Part shown: piece after piece, positions 28,700 to 39,106 of the stretch
Numbering within the stretch: position 1 is the stretch's first letter
Layout of the letters: the number at the start of each line of letters is the position of its first letter
Origin: Myxococcota bacterium
GTDB taxonomy: Bacteria > Myxococcota_A > UBA796 > CAJQPC01
Reading direction: 5' to 3'
NCBI GenBank assembly: GCA_036229005.1
Contig: JAZAMN010000054.1
Location: 17,983-81,982, forward strand
DNA length: 64,000 nucleotides
Position numbers and translations under genes: made by a program
The notes under the pieces: model-generated
Told to the model about the DNA's origin: nothing
Database searches by the model: none
What the model saw: only the letters and a program-made list of their open reading frames with translations

Positions 28700-28795
28700 A
28701 GGAACGACTCCGATTACCCGCCCTCTATACGGCAGCGCGACCGCTGGCTGTATGTGGCAAAGGGTCGCGCCCGGCGACGGGCTCCCAGTGTGCCT

Positions 28796-29581
28796 TCAGC
28801 CGCCGAACTCCGCTGCCAGGACCGGCTTGCCCAGGACCTGGCCCCGCATCGTGATGCGCACGGGGTCCTCTCCGGCCGCCCCAGCGATCACCATCAGGGG
28901 GAGGAGGTGCTCTTCCCGCGGGTGACTGGAGCGCCCACCGGGAGCATTGGCCCAGTTCTTCAAGCTCTGCCACCGCTCCATCGGCGAGGACAGGCTGTCC
29001 GCGAGCCACTGGTCGAAGGCCTGGGCCGCGGCCTGGCCCCCGGGGCTGAAGAAGCCGCCCATGTTGTGGTAGCTCATGCCGCTGCCCAGGATGAGCACGC
29101 CCTCCTCGCGCAGCGGGGCCAGAGCGCGGCCCAGCTCCAGGTGCGCGGCGGGGTCCAGGCCAAAGATCAGCGAGAGCTGCACGACGGGGATGTCCATCTT
29201 GGGCCAGGAGACGGCCAGCGGCACGAAGGCACCGTGGTCCAGGCCGCGCTCGGCCTCCTCGGCGGAGTCGATGCCGGCGGCGCCCAGCAGCTCCCGCACC
29301 CGCGCCGCGAGCGCGGGGCTGCCGGGGGCGCGCCAGCTCAGGTTGTAGGTGTCCGCCGGGAAGCCGCCGTAGTCGTAGAGCAGGCCGGGCTGGGCCGCCG
29401 TGGTGACCGTGGGCTTGCGCTCCTCCCAGTGGGCGCTGACCACCAGGATGGCCTTGGGGGCGGGCAGCGAAGCGGGCAGGGCCTCCAGGTAGCGCCGGAG
29501 CTGGGCGTGGGGCTCCTGCCAGGCGGGCACCCAAGGCCAGGGGCCGCCGCCGTGGGGGATGTACACGGTGGGAAAGGACAT
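28796..29581 (-). CDS. Extradiol ring-cleavage dioxygenase, class III (LigB/DODA/YgiD-like)
   Basis: IPHGGGP, VVSAHW, RGLDHG, GSGMSYHN and HPREEHLLPL. Confidence 0.92.
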   Translation of the reverse strand: MSFPTVYIPHGGGPWPWVPAWQEPHAQLRRYLEALPASLPAPKAILVVSAHWEERKPTVTTAAQPGLLYDYGGFPADTYNLSWRAPGSPALAARVRELLGAAGIDSAEEAERGLDHGAFVPLAVSWPKMDIPVVQLSLIFGLDPAAHLELGRALAPLREEGVLILGSGMSYHNMGGFFSPGGQAAAQAFDQWLADSLSSPMERWQSLKNWANAPGGRSSHPREEHLLPLMVIAGAAGEDPVRITMRGQVLGKPVLAAEFGG

Positions 29582-29742
29582 TGTTGACCTCGTTTGCACC
29601 CAGTTTATGGTCCAGGCGCGTGGGAACAAGAGGCCGGAGTGGTGAAGATTGGACCGAAAACAGGACAGTCAGCCCCCTCGGCTCCCAGCATCTCTGGAGC
29701 CTCGTGCGCCCGCTGAGGGCCGCGCCGCCCTACAATCCGCCC

Positions 29743-30657
29743 ATGAACTTTCGGAACCCGGACTTCTCCCTTCGCCAGCTCCAGTACGCCCTGGCCATCG
29801 AGCAGGAGGGCAGCTTTGGCAAGGCGGCGCGGGCCTGTGGGGTGTCCCAGCCCTCGCTGAGCGCGCAGGTCGCCAAGCTGGAGGAGGCGCTGGGGGTGCA
29901 GCTCTTTGACCGCCAGCCCCGCAGCACCCTCCCCACGGCCGACGGCAAGCTGCTGCTGGACCGCATGCGCGGCCTGCTGGGGGATCTGAAGGCGCTGGAG
30001 CAGCACGCTCAGGAGCTGCGCAACCCCTGGGGGACCCCGCTGCGCGTGGGCGTGATCCCCACCATCGCCCCCTACCTGCTGCCCCGGGTCGTGCCCCGTC
30101 TGGCCAGCGGCCCACACCCTCTGCGCATCCACTGGGTGGAGCTGCAGACCGCCGCCTGCGAGCGCTCGCTGGCCGAACACGAGCTGGACGCCATCGTGAT
30201 CGCCGACCCCAGCACCCGCGCGGGCACCGAGTCGCTGGAGCTGGGCTGGGAGGACTTCCACCTGCTGCTGCCCTTGGACCACCCCTTCCAGGGGCCCGCA
30301 ACGAGCTGCGATCTGACCCGCTTTGAGCTGCTGCTGCTGGAGGAGGGCCACTGCCTGCGCGACCACACGCTGGAGGTCTGCACCCTGGACCGCGTGCGGG
30401 AGTCGCCGTTCCGCGCGACCTCGCTGCCCACGCTCACGCAGATGGTGGCCCAGGGCTTGGGGTGCAGCGTGCTGCCGACCAGCGCGGTGAGGCTGGAGAC
30501 GTCGCGGGCGCCGGTGCGCACCCTGCCGCTGCAGGACGGCAAGGCGGGGCGGATGCTCAGGCTGATCTGGCGCGCGCAGAGCCCCCGGCTGGAGCCGATC
30601 CTGGGCCTGGGCGAGCACCTGCGCTCAGCACTGCAGGAGCTCACGGAGGAAGGCTGA
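29743..30657 (+). CDS. oxyR: OxyR-like LysR regulator
   Basis: HTH VSQPSLSAQV, GVIPTIAPYLLP and LLEEGHCLRDHTLEVC (both redox Cys present), plus FRATSL. Confidence 0.8.
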   Translation: MNFRNPDFSLRQLQYALAIEQEGSFGKAARACGVSQPSLSAQVAKLEEALGVQLFDRQPRSTLPTADGKLLLDRMRGLLGDLKALEQHAQELRNPWGTPLRVGVIPTIAPYLLPRVVPRLASGPHPLRIHWVELQTAACERSLAEHELDAIVIADPSTRAGTESLELGWEDFHLLLPLDHPFQGPATSCDLTRFELLLLEEGHCLRDHTLEVCTLDRVRESPFRATSLPTLTQMVAQGLGCSVLPTSAVRLETSRAPVRTLPLQDGKAGRMLRLIWRAQSPRLEPILGLGEHLRSALQELTEEG

Positions 30658-31323
30658 GTCGGCGGCCTCACGGGCGCGGTGCAGGTCCCCCAGGCGGCGG
30701 GCCTGTCCCCCGTCCACCAGCACCAGCTCGGGCTCCCAGGCCAGCAGATCCCGCAGGTCGTGGGTGACCACCAGGCAGTCCCGACCGGCCATGGCCCCGG
30801 CCAGGTGACGGCGCATGGCGGCCTTGTTCTCGACGTCCAGCGACGCGGTGGGCTCGTCCAGGAGCAGGAGCCGGGGGTCGGTCGCCAGGGCGCGGGCCAG
30901 GGCCACGAGCTGGGCCTCTCCGCCGCTGAGTCCGCGGGTGGAGCGCTCGGCCAGGTGGTCCAGGGAGAGGGACTGGAGCTGGTCGCGGGCCCGGCTGCGA
31001 CGCGCCGAGCGGCCCCCGGAGACCCCGAAGCCGACGTTGTCCAGCACGCTCAGGTGGGGGAAGAGTCGGGCGGCCTGGGGCAGGTAGCCGACCCGCCTGT
31101 CCTCGGGGGGGCAGTGGATCCCAAGGGTGCTGTCGCAGAGCACGCGGTCCCGGTGGTGGGCCCTCCCGGCGAAGTCACCCGATCCCGCAAAGAGCCGAAG
31201 CAAGCTACTCTTTCCCGACCCATTCGGACCGATGATCGCCACGACGCCCCCGGGCAGCTCCAGGTCCAGCTCCAGGCGGAACGCCCCCCGGCGGAGGGTC
31301 CCGCGAAGGCCCAGCTCAGCCAT
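30625..31323 (-). CDS. modC: Molybdate ABC transporter ATPase
   Basis: [24 protein letters not shown] and LLLDEP. Follows modB. Confidence 0.9.
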   Translation of the reverse strand: MAELGLRGTLRRGAFRLELDLELPGGVVAIIGPNGSGKSSLLRLFAGSGDFAGRAHHRDRVLCDSTLGIHCPPEDRRVGYLPQAARLFPHLSVLDNVGFGVSGGRSARRSRARDQLQSLSLDHLAERSTRGLSGGEAQLVALARALATDPRLLLLDEPTASLDVENKAAMRRHLAGAMAGRDCLVVTHDLRDLLAWEPELVLVDGGQARRLGDLHRAREAADSAFLRELLQC

Positions 31324-32089
31324 GCAGCAGCTCCCCGCGGTTCAGGCCGCGCAGCGCGAGCAGCAGCACCAAGGCCACCGCCAGCAGCAGCAGCGCCATG
31401 GCCTGGGCCTGCTCCAGATCGCGCTCCAGGGCCTGGAAGATGGCCAGGGGCAGGGTCTGGGTGCGCCCCGGCAGGTTGCCCGCGAACATCAGCGTCGCGC
31501 CGAACTCCCCCAGCGAGCGCGCCCACGCCAACCCCGCCGCGCCGACCAGGCCGGGGAGCGCCGTGGGAAGGGCCACCCGGGTGAAGGCCTGCCAGCGGGA
31601 CGCGCCAAGGGTGCGGGCGACCAGGAGCAGCTCGGGGTCGACCTCGCGGAGGGAGGAGGAGGCCGCGAGCACGTAGAGCGGGGCGCCCACAACGACCTGG
31701 GCCAGCACGACGGCCGCCACCGTGAAGGGGATCTCGACCCCCAGCGAGGACAGGCTGGGCCCGAGCAGCCCCTGGCGCCCAAAGGTCTGGAGCAAGGCCA
31801 CGCCCAGCACCGCCGGCGGCAGCACCAGCGGCAGCTCCAGCAGCAGGGACAGCGGCCGGGAGGAGCGGGCGTCGGGGCGGGACAGCCACCAGGCCAGGGG
31901 CGTGCCCACCAGCACCGAGATCGCCAGCGCCAGCGCGCTGGTCCACACCGAGAGGCCCAGCGCCTCCAGGGTCCCGGGGCGCTGCAGGGCCGCCCAGAGC
32001 GCCACCGGCGAGCTGCCCGTGAACAGCCCCAGCAGCGGCAGGAGCAGCAGCCCGGCCAACAGCCAGGTCGTGGCGGCGCGCAGCCTCAT
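31316..32089 (-). CDS. modB: Molybdate ABC transporter permease
   Basis: LPLVLPPAV and [17 protein letters not shown]. Confidence 0.92.
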   Translation of the reverse strand: MRLRAATTWLLAGLLLLPLLGLFTGSSPVALWAALQRPGTLEALGLSVWTSALALAISVLVGTPLAWWLSRPDARSSRPLSLLLELPLVLPPAVLGVALLQTFGRQGLLGPSLSSLGVEIPFTVAAVVLAQVVVGAPLYVLAASSSLREVDPELLLVARTLGASRWQAFTRVALPTALPGLVGAAGLAWARSLGEFGATLMFAGNLPGRTQTLPLAIFQALERDLEQAQAMALLLLAVALVLLLALRGLNRGELLHG

Positions 32090-32808
32090 GGGGTGGGGGT
32101 GAAGCCGTGGCGCTGGAGGGTCTGGGCCCCCTGGGGAGACGCGAGCAGCGCCAGGAAGGCCTGGGCCGACTGGCTGGGACCGGCGGGGTCCACGGGGGCG
32201 ATGGCGTAGGTCGGCGCAGGCGCGAGCTGGGCGGGTACAGGGCTGGCCACGAGCTGCGGGGCCGCCTGCAGATCCGTCGCGTAGACCACGGCGGCGTCGG
32301 CCTCCCCCATGGCCACCTTGGCCAGCACCAGCCGCGTGTTGGACTCCCGCGAGCGCACGGCGGCGCCCATCTGGGCCGCCCACTGGGGCCCATAGGAGTC
32401 TCCGGCGGCCGACAGGAGCTGGTCCGTGTAGCCGCCGATCGGGGAGCTCGGGGTCCCCAGGACCACCCGCCCGGCCTCTGGGAGCGCGCGCAGGGTCAGC
32501 GGCCCCGGCCCAGCGAGGACGAGCTGGTTCTGCGCGAAGCTGCGGGGGTCCACCGCCAGGCCCTCCTGCTCCAGCGCACCCAGCAGCGCGGTGTCGGCGC
32601 TGGCGAGGAGATCCGCCCGCAGCCCCATCCGGAGCTGGGCGGCGTGGGTCTGGCTGCCCGCGAACACCAGCTCCAGGGAGGTGTCCGGGTGCTGCGCCTG
32701 GTACTGGGCGCCCAGCTCGGTGAAGCCCTCCTGCAGGGAGCTCGCGGCCAGCACGCGCAGGGTGTGGTGGGGCTCGGGCGCGCAGCCCAGGCTCAGCAGC
32801 AGCAGCAT
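32086..32808 (-). CDS. modA: Molybdate ABC transporter substrate-binding lipoprotein
   Basis: [31 protein letters not shown] and [12 protein letters not shown]. Confidence 0.92.
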   Translation of the reverse strand: MLLLLSLGCAPEPHHTLRVLAASSLQEGFTELGAQYQAQHPDTSLELVFAGSQTHAAQLRMGLRADLLASADTALLGALEQEGLAVDPRSFAQNQLVLAGPGPLTLRALPEAGRVVLGTPSSPIGGYTDQLLSAAGDSYGPQWAAQMGAAVRSRESNTRLVLAKVAMGEADAAVVYATDLQAAPQLVASPVPAQLAPAPTYAIAPVDPAGPSQSAQAFLALLASPQGAQTLQRHGFTPTP

Positions 32809-33860
32809 CAGGCGGCCACCGTGCGCATCGGCCCCAGGCCCTGGAGCTGGTAGGCGCCCATGGCCTGGACCTGGCGGCGGTAGGGCAGGCTCTGGAGGGT
32901 GTCGAGCAGGCGCTGGACGCCGGGGTGCTGCAGGCCCTGGGCGCTGACCACCAGCTCGAAGCGCTCTTCGGCCAGGGGCACGAACTCCAGGCCCAGGGCG
33001 CGGGCCACGGGCTCCACGACCACCGCGGCGTGGGCCAGCCCGTGGCGCACCGCGACCGTGGCGTCCATGTGGGTCGCGCAGGCCGGCCCCTGGAGCTGCA
33101 TGGGGTCCATTCCCTGCGCCCGCAGCGCGCGCTCCAGCACCCGAGCGGCCCCCGAACCCGCCGGCCGGAGCGCCACCTGGATCCCTGGGTTCAGCAGGTC
33201 CTGCACGCCGCGGATCGGGCTGCCCGGGGGCAGGGCCAGGCCCTCGCGCCAGCCCACCAGCGGCAGGATGTGGGCGTGTCCCAGGCGCTCGCTGACCAGC
33301 GCGTCGTGGGTGCTGGGCGCGTCCAGATCCGCCAAGTGGAGGCCGGCCACGTGCACCCGCCCCTGGCGCAGCAGCTCCAGCGAGCGGCCCGAGGGGAGCT
33401 GCAGCCAGCGCGCGGGCTCCTGCCGGACGAGCAGGCCGACGCCGACCCCCAGGGTGGGCGCGCAGCCGGCGATCAAGGCGCTGGACTGGGCCTCGCTGGG
33501 GTCCACCGTCGGCTGGACGCGGCCCTGGGCGTCCACCACCCCATCCGCGGGCTCGGTGCTGCCCGGCTCCAGGGCGTGGGCCACCCAGCGCCCGTCGATG
33601 TGCCCGAGCACCACGCGCCTTCCGGCCAGCTCGGGCAGGTGCAGGTCGGGGAGCGCGGGGCCCTCCACCGAGAACAGGGCCTCGACCGAGCAGCCCAGCG
33701 CGGCGGCCAGCCGCAGGGCCACCAGGGTGGAGGGCGTGGAGCGCCCGGACTCGATGGCGGAGAGCGCCTGCCGGCTGATGCCCACGCGCTCGGCCAGGGC
33801 GGTCTGGCTGAGGCCCGCTTGGGCGCGGCGGCGGGGCAGGTCGGTGTGCAGGGTGGCCAT
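32808..33860 (-). CDS. XRE-HTH plus molybdate-type PBP domain regulator
   Basis: [39 protein letters not shown] and [11 protein letters not shown]. Confidence 0.85.
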   Translation of the reverse strand: MATLHTDLPRRRAQAGLSQTALAERVGISRQALSAIESGRSTPSTLVALRLAAALGCSVEALFSVEGPALPDLHLPELAGRRVVLGHIDGRWVAHALEPGSTEPADGVVDAQGRVQPTVDPSEAQSSALIAGCAPTLGVGVGLLVRQEPARWLQLPSGRSLELLRQGRVHVAGLHLADLDAPSTHDALVSERLGHAHILPLVGWREGLALPPGSPIRGVQDLLNPGIQVALRPAGSGAARVLERALRAQGMDPMQLQGPACATHMDATVAVRHGLAHAAVVVEPVARALGLEFVPLAEERFELVVSAQGLQHPGVQRLLDTLQSLPYRRQVQAMGAYQLQGLGPMRTVAA

Positions 33861-33878
33861 CGGCGCCGAATGGTAATG

Positions 33879-33903
33879 CTGACTTGTCAGGACGTAAAGT
33901 CAG
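33879..33903. promoter_or_regulatory. Candidate operator of the mod operon regulator
   Basis: CTGAC-TT-GTCAG (33879-33890) overlapping CTGACTT-N11-AAGTCAG, 18 bp upstream of the regulator start. Confidence 0.45.
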
Positions 33904-33957
33904 ACAACGGGTGACCTCGCTGGGATAGGGGGTGCAGAGATTGCTTTGGAGGTTGGG

Positions 33958-34479
33958 ATGTTGGTGGTTTGGTCAGTGTTTGCGTGCAGTGAGGTCCCCT
34001 CTCCTCCCCCGGAGCCCGCGGTTGAGGTCGAGGCCAAAGCGCACCCCCAGGACACCCTGGATGGGATGGACAGCCGCACCCCGCTGCCCATGCCGCCGAT
34101 GATGGCGCTGCACCAGAAGGAGCAGATGCGCGGCCACCTGGAGGCCACCCAGGAGCTGAGCGCGGCGCTCGCGGAGAGTGACTGGGCGGCGATCGAGGCG
34201 GCGGCCTCCAAGCTGGGCAGTTCGCCGCAGATGGCCATGACCTGCGACCACATGGGCGCGGCGGCCGAGGGCTTCACCCCCCAGGCGCTGGACTTCCACG
34301 CGCGGGCCGACAAGATCGTGGAGGCCGCCCAGGCCCAGGACCAGCAGGCGGTGCTCGCGGCGACGGCAGACACCCTGGCGGCGTGCACGGCCTGCCACAA
34401 CACCTGGCGGCAGCAGATCGTGAGTCCGGAGGCCTATGCGGAGCTGACGGGGGGTGCGGGGCCGATGGGGCATCACTGA
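33958..34479 (+). CDS. Class II (four-helix, cytochrome c'-like) cytochrome lipoprotein
   Basis: GGAGG RBS, MLVVWSVFAC, helical body and C-terminal CTACH. Confidence 0.8.
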   Translation: MLVVWSVFACSEVPSPPPEPAVEVEAKAHPQDTLDGMDSRTPLPMPPMMALHQKEQMRGHLEATQELSAALAESDWAAIEAAASKLGSSPQMAMTCDHMGAAAEGFTPQALDFHARADKIVEAAQAQDQQAVLAATADTLAACTACHNTWRQQIVSPEAYAELTGGAGPMGHH

Positions 34480-34511
34480 GGCTGTGGCAAGATGCCGGCA
34501 GGGAGGCGCAC

Positions 34512-35117
34512 ATGATCCTGCTGCTGGCGCTCCGCGGTGGGCTCCGAGCAGGTCGTGAACGTGACCGATGAATGGTGGCCGGTCTCCGCCAAGCTGGACG
34601 TCTCGGATCTGGCGTTCTCGGGCACCGGGGACTTCGAAGGAGTTGGGCTTACCGACGCCAGCCTGATCTGGTTCGAGGGCCGACAGGACGGCTGGCAGCT
34701 GGTGCTCCCTGGTGCAGACATCGGGCCCCCCGGAGCAGAGCTCGGGAAGAGCAACACGGTGCTTCACTACGGCCAGGACACCGCCCCCCCTCCTCGCTGT
34801 TCGCCGGCTTCCTGGGAGACCTGGACGCAGACGGCCGAGACGACCTGTGGATGGGCGCGAGGCCTCTCGTTGAGGGCGAGCTCCGCACCTTCCTGACCAC
34901 CGAGCTGAGCCTGGGGCGGCCCTTGGCTTGGGACGACCACGAGACCGCGCTGACCTCGGAGGTGGCCGACGATCTGCTCGGAGACTGCATGGTCGACGTC
35001 GGGGACATGGACGCAGACGGGAAGGACGATTTCCTGGCCTGCTCCCCGGGCTTCCCCCTGGGGCCGGTTCTATCCAGGCTGCGACTGCGCGAGCGTCCCC
35101 ATGGCCTTGGCGACTGA
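34512..35117 (+). pseudogene. Frameshifted FG-GAP/integrin-alpha-like repeat protein remnant
   Basis: GGGAGG RBS with MILLLAL start. Coding continues in two other frames, with GDLDADGRDDL and VGDMDADGKDDF repeats. One shift is near the C-run at 34784-34790. Confidence 0.65.
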
Positions 35118-35555
35118 CCAGGCGCTGACGATGTGAAGCCCACCACAAGCCGTACAGGGATCGTTGAAGTCGTAGATGTCCATTCCGACGTGTCCGCACT
35201 CGCAGACGCCGACCTGCTGCAGCGCTCCGTTCCCCGACGGGCACGGGATGTGAGTCCAGTTCCTCTTCCGGGGGCTGGGGTACTCCTCCGGCAGCGGCTG
35301 GATCCCGGGGCCCTGGATGCCCATCTCGAGAAGGGCGGCGTCCGCATAGGCGCAGGCACTCTTCTCGTCAGGGAACCCCATCGACTCAACGGGGTGATTG
35401 GTGCCGTGGGGGAACACCACCTTCCATCCCGCGGTCGGACCGGCAGGCACCACAAACACCATCGGGATGGTAGGGATGCTGGAGTTGACTCGGCAGAACG
35501 AGTTCGGAAGAGGGGTGGCCGAGGGACGCCACGGGGACAGGGATGCGGGGTTCAT
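35070..35555 (-). CDS. Hypothetical protein with C-terminal Cys cluster (possible Zn ribbon)
   Basis: AAGGAG RBS with ATG at 35555. CPS...CECGH...CTACG. Atypical codon usage. Confidence 0.5.
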   Translation of the reverse strand: MNPASLSPWRPSATPLPNSFCRVNSSIPTIPMVFVVPAGPTAGWKVVFPHGTNHPVESMGFPDEKSACAYADAALLEMGIQGPGIQPLPEEYPSPRKRNWTHIPCPSGNGALQQVGVCECGHVGMDIYDFNDPCTACGGLHIVSAWSVAKAMGTLAQSQPG

Positions 35556-35630
35556 TGGAGTGCTCCTTCGCAAAGACACCTTAGTGACCCAGGCGACCAA
35601 AAACTGTCCGCCCGATCACGCCGGGCCGAC

Positions 35631-35682
35631 GGGGGGTGATCCCGGCTCCGCCGGGGTTCAGGGGGGTCGCGAGACCCCCATA
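35631..35682 (+). repeat. Terminal module of the structured repeat family
   Basis: GGGGGGTGATCCCGGCTCCGCCGGGGTTCAGGGGGGTCGCGAGACCCCCATA matches the unit ends at ~10880-10930 and ~43657-43706. Confidence 0.9.
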
Positions 35683-36545
35683 GAGAAACCTCTCCAGCGC
35701 TCCGCCTGCTCCACCAGCCACTCCCGCACCGCCCGCACCCTGGGCACCTGGCGCAGGCTGCGGTGGTAGACCATCAGCAGGGCGTAGGTGGGCAGCTCCG
35801 GGGCCTTGAGGGGGACGCGCACCAGGCCCTGGGCGACGGCGGGGCTGATGATGCCGGCGGCGGTCCCGGAGTGGATGGCGGCGTGCAGCAGGCTCCAGCT
35901 CGACACGCGGGTCAGGTGGCGCGGGTGCGCGTGGGCCATCAGCCAGCGGGTCTCGTCATAGCGCAGCTCGGGGTCGTGCAGGGCCACCCAGGGCAGCTCA
36001 TCGACGCGGGTGCGGGCCAGCAAGTCGGGGTGGACGTAGGCGGCCAGGGGGATGCGCAGCAGCTCGCGGACCACCAGGTCGGGGGCCGTGGGCGGGATGA
36101 AGCGCAGAGCCAGATCGGCCTCGCCGCGGACGAGATCCAGGACCTCGGTGCCGGCGAGCAGGTCCAGCTCCAGCTCGGGGTGGCGCGCGCGGAGCTCCGG
36201 GAGCCCCGGCAGAAGCAGGTGGGGCCCCAGTCCGTCCACCAGGGCCAGCCGCACCCGGCCACGGGGGGCGGACTCGTAGCCTGAGGCCACCCGCTGGATC
36301 TCCCGCATCTGCTCGCCGATGGCGCGGGCGTGGGGGGCCAGCTCCAGGGCCAGGGCAGTGGGGGCGAGGCCCTCGGGTCGGCGGTCGAAGAGGATGCCCT
36401 GGACCACCTCTTCCAGCCTCTGCAGCCGACGGGAAGCGGTGGACTGACTGACCCCGAGCGAGGACGCAGCGCGCGAGAGCGAGCCGGTGTCCAGAGCGGC
36501 GAGCAGGAGGGCCAGGTCCTCCCAGGCGGCGTCGGTGAAGTGCAT
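35658..36545 (-). CDS. LysR family regulator
   Basis: WEDL...GSLSRAASSLGVSQSTASRRL, GEADLALR and YHRSLRQVPRVRAV. Divergent from an oxidoreductase. Confidence 0.92.
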   Translation of the reverse strand: MHFTDAAWEDLALLLAALDTGSLSRAASSLGVSQSTASRRLQRLEEVVQGILFDRRPEGLAPTALALELAPHARAIGEQMREIQRVASGYESAPRGRVRLALVDGLGPHLLLPGLPELRARHPELELDLLAGTEVLDLVRGEADLALRFIPPTAPDLVVRELLRIPLAAYVHPDLLARTRVDELPWVALHDPELRYDETRWLMAHAHPRHLTRVSSWSLLHAAIHSGTAAGIISPAVAQGLVRVPLKAPELPTYALLMVYHRSLRQVPRVRAVREWLVEQAERWRGFSMGVSRPP

Positions 36546-36638
36546 GGGCCACCCTATCCGAAAGCGGATGGATAGGACCCGATATGGGGCCCTCCCCATC
36601 CGACCGTGGATACGCAAAATTGGCGGCAGGAGGTCCCG

Positions 36639-37310
36639 ATGACCAAGCCCCGCCGCAGCTTTCCCCCCGCCCCCACCCAAGCCCGTGCGCTGCTGATCAG
36701 CGCCCACCCCTTCACCGACAGCTTCTCTCACGCTCTGGGGCTGGCCTGGGCAGAGGGCGCCCGCAGTCAGGGCGTGGAGGTCCAGGTGCTCCGCCTGGCC
36801 GAGCTGGACTTCGACCCGGCGCTCCACACCGCCTACCGCGAGGATCAGCCTCTGGAGCCCGACCTGGTGCAGGCCCGCGACGCCATCGCCCAGGCCGCGC
36901 ACTTGAGCATCGCCACGCCGCTGTGGTGGAGCAGCGTGCCCGCCCAGCTCAAGGGCTTCTTTGACCGGGTGCTGCTGCCGGGCTGGGCCTTCCGCTACGA
37001 GAACGACCGGCCCGTGGGCGGCCTGAGCGGGCGCAGCGGCCGACTGCTGATGACCATGGACGCGCCCACCTGGTACGACAGCGCGCTGAACTTTGGCGCG
37101 GGCCGCCGACAGGTGGCGCAGGGGGTGATGCGCTTCTGCGGCATCAAGCCGACGCGGGTGAGCGCCTTCGGCGACGTCCGCATGTCCTCGCCGGCGCAGA
37201 GGGTGCAGATGTTGGAGAAGGCCCAGAGGGCGGGGGTTGAGGACGGGGCCTCGGTGCGCCAGAGGCTCCCCTCCCCTGCCCTTGAATCCGCCGGACGAGC
37301 CGCGAGCTGA
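36639..37310 (+). CDS. NAD(P)H-dependent oxidoreductase, flavodoxin-like fold (quinone reductase family)
   Basis: AHPFTDSF and PLWWSSVPAQLKGFFDRVLLPGWAF. AGGAGG RBS. Confidence 0.92.
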   Translation: MTKPRRSFPPAPTQARALLISAHPFTDSFSHALGLAWAEGARSQGVEVQVLRLAELDFDPALHTAYREDQPLEPDLVQARDAIAQAAHLSIATPLWWSSVPAQLKGFFDRVLLPGWAFRYENDRPVGGLSGRSGRLLMTMDAPTWYDSALNFGAGRRQVAQGVMRFCGIKPTRVSAFGDVRMSSPAQRVQMLEKAQRAGVEDGASVRQRLPSPALESAGRAAS

Positions 37311-37318
37311 CGCGGCGC

Positions 37319-37585
37319 TCAGAGGAGGAAGGCCACCAGCGCGGGCAGGGTCAGGCCGGCCCAGATGCCCAGCGCGCGCTTGCCGGTGGCGACGTGCAGC
37401 AGCGCGAAGCCGACCAGGGGCCAGGCCAGGAAGAAGCCCAGGTAGGCGATCGCGAAGCTCCACTCCAGGCCGAAGGGGGCCCAGCGGCCCAGCGCGAGGC
37501 TCCAGAGCAGCACCATCAACAGGGAGCCGACGGTGGCCACCAGGCTGCGCAGCTTGCTGTGTTCCTTGGACTTCCAGCGCAACAT
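37319..37585 (-). CDS. Small membrane protein (about 3 TM) of a PepSY-TM iron-uptake operon
   Basis: GGAGG RBS, start overlapping the upstream stop and hydrophobic helices. Confidence 0.65.
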   Translation of the reverse strand: MLRWKSKEHSKLRSLVATVGSLLMVLLWSLALGRWAPFGLEWSFAIAYLGFFLAWPLVGFALLHVATGKRALGIWAGLTLPALVAFLL

Positions 37586-39105
37586 CAGGCCACCTCCAGG
37601 CGGCGGTTGAGGGCCCAGGCCAGGGCGGCGCAGCAGACGGCCCCGAGCAGGAGGGAGAGGTCCACGGCGAGCAGCATGGGTCGGCCCACCGCCAGGGACC
37701 AGGAGGACTCGGGCACCGCGAAGGCGCTCAGCACGCCAGCGAGGACGAGGGCACCCGCCGACACCCCCAGCAGCCAGACCGCGCTGCGGCCCGCGCGCTT
37801 GACCACGATGAGGACACCGGAGGCCACCCACGCGCCGTAGAGGACCGCGCTGTCCAGCCAGGGGAGCTCGAGGCCCCCGAGTTCGCCGAGCTGTCGGCTG
37901 GCCAGGCCCAGCGACATGGCGGCGAAGAGCCCGGCCGTGGAGAAGACGGTGGTGCCGGTGACGCCTCGCCGCAGCCCGCTGGGCTTCTGGGTCTTGGCCC
38001 ACAGGGAGACCCCGAAGGCCCCGAGCCCGACGCAGCCCAGCGCGACGAGCACGTAGGCCCACTGCACGATGGCCCCGCCCACCGCCCCCGGGCCCCAGTT
38101 GCCAAAGTGCGCGGCGATGCCCCAGCGGTTCACCACCGTCGCGGGGAGGTCCAGGCTGCGCTCCGAGACGCGCAGGACCTGGCGGTCGGCGACGCTCAGG
38201 TCCACCTGGGCGCCCAGCTCCACCCAGCCGGGCTGGATGCCGTAGACCAGGGCGGCGGTGTCCTCGGCGCCGATGTGGCGGATGCCCATCCAGTGCAGGT
38301 CCAAGCCGGGGATCTCGGCCTGGGCGGCCTGGACCAGCGCCGGCACCTGGGGGTCGGCCCAGTCACTGCTCTGTTCGCCTACAGGGACGGGCCAGTCGTA
38401 GCCCATCTGCCGGAAGGCCTCGGTCTGGTCGCCGTCGAAGGTCTTGAGGAGGTGGGCGCCCGCCAGGGGGTTGGCCAGGCCCAGCAGGGCGCCGGTGATG
38501 GCCAGGATCGCCAGGGGGACCGCCAGCAGGGTCCCCAGGAGGGTGTGCCAGTCGGCCCTGCGGGCGCGCTCAGGCTTGGTGCGTACGCGGCCGAATCGGC
38601 GGAAGAGGTCCCGCAGGTGGACCCCGATGCCGCTGAGCACGGCGCTGAAGATCAAGAGGCCCAGCACGCCGGCCACGTAGATCCCGCCGGGGAGCTGGTG
38701 GAAGAAGTGCAGGCCGTAGATCTGGCCGATGAGGTCGCTGCGGCGGGGGTGGGCCTGGCCGGTGCTGCCGTCGACCCAGAGCTCGGTGGGGTCCTCCTCG
38801 TGGTGGTGGAACTCGACGAGCGCCATGCCGGTGGGGCCCAGGGGTGCGTGCACCTCGACCCACTCGAAGGTGTCCCGGGGCACGGGATCCAGGACCCGGG
38901 CCAGCGAGGCGGACTCGGGGCCGCGGCGGGCGGGGCCTTCGCCCCAGGCTTCCAGGGTGTGGTGCCAGGGCAGCAGAATGCCCGTGGTGAACACCACCAA
39001 CATCAGCGGGGCCAGGAGCAGGCCGACGGCGCTGTGGGCGTCCCAGAGCAGGCGCAGGCTGCGCTTGCCGAGGGGGTGCGGCCGGGTCGTGGGGGTCTTG
39101 TTCAT
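37585..39105 (-). CDS. PepSY-associated TM helix protein
   Basis: WDAHSAVGL, GLHFFHQL, ADWHTLLG and AAHFGNWG. Confidence 0.9.
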   Translation of the reverse strand: MNKTPTTRPHPLGKRSLRLLWDAHSAVGLLLAPLMLVVFTTGILLPWHHTLEAWGEGPARRGPESASLARVLDPVPRDTFEWVEVHAPLGPTGMALVEFHHHEEDPTELWVDGSTGQAHPRRSDLIGQIYGLHFFHQLPGGIYVAGVLGLLIFSAVLSGIGVHLRDLFRRFGRVRTKPERARRADWHTLLGTLLAVPLAILAITGALLGLANPLAGAHLLKTFDGDQTEAFRQMGYDWPVPVGEQSSDWADPQVPALVQAAQAEIPGLDLHWMGIRHIGAEDTAALVYGIQPGWVELGAQVDLSVADRQVLRVSERSLDLPATVVNRWGIAAHFGNWGPGAVGGAIVQWAYVLVALGCVGLGAFGVSLWAKTQKPSGLRRGVTGTTVFSTAGLFAAMSLGLASRQLGELGGLELPWLDSAVLYGAWVASGVLIVVKRAGRSAVWLLGVSAGALVLAGVLSAFAVPESSWSLAVGRPMLLAVDLSLLLGAVCCAALAWALNRRLEVA

Positions 39106-39106
39106 C

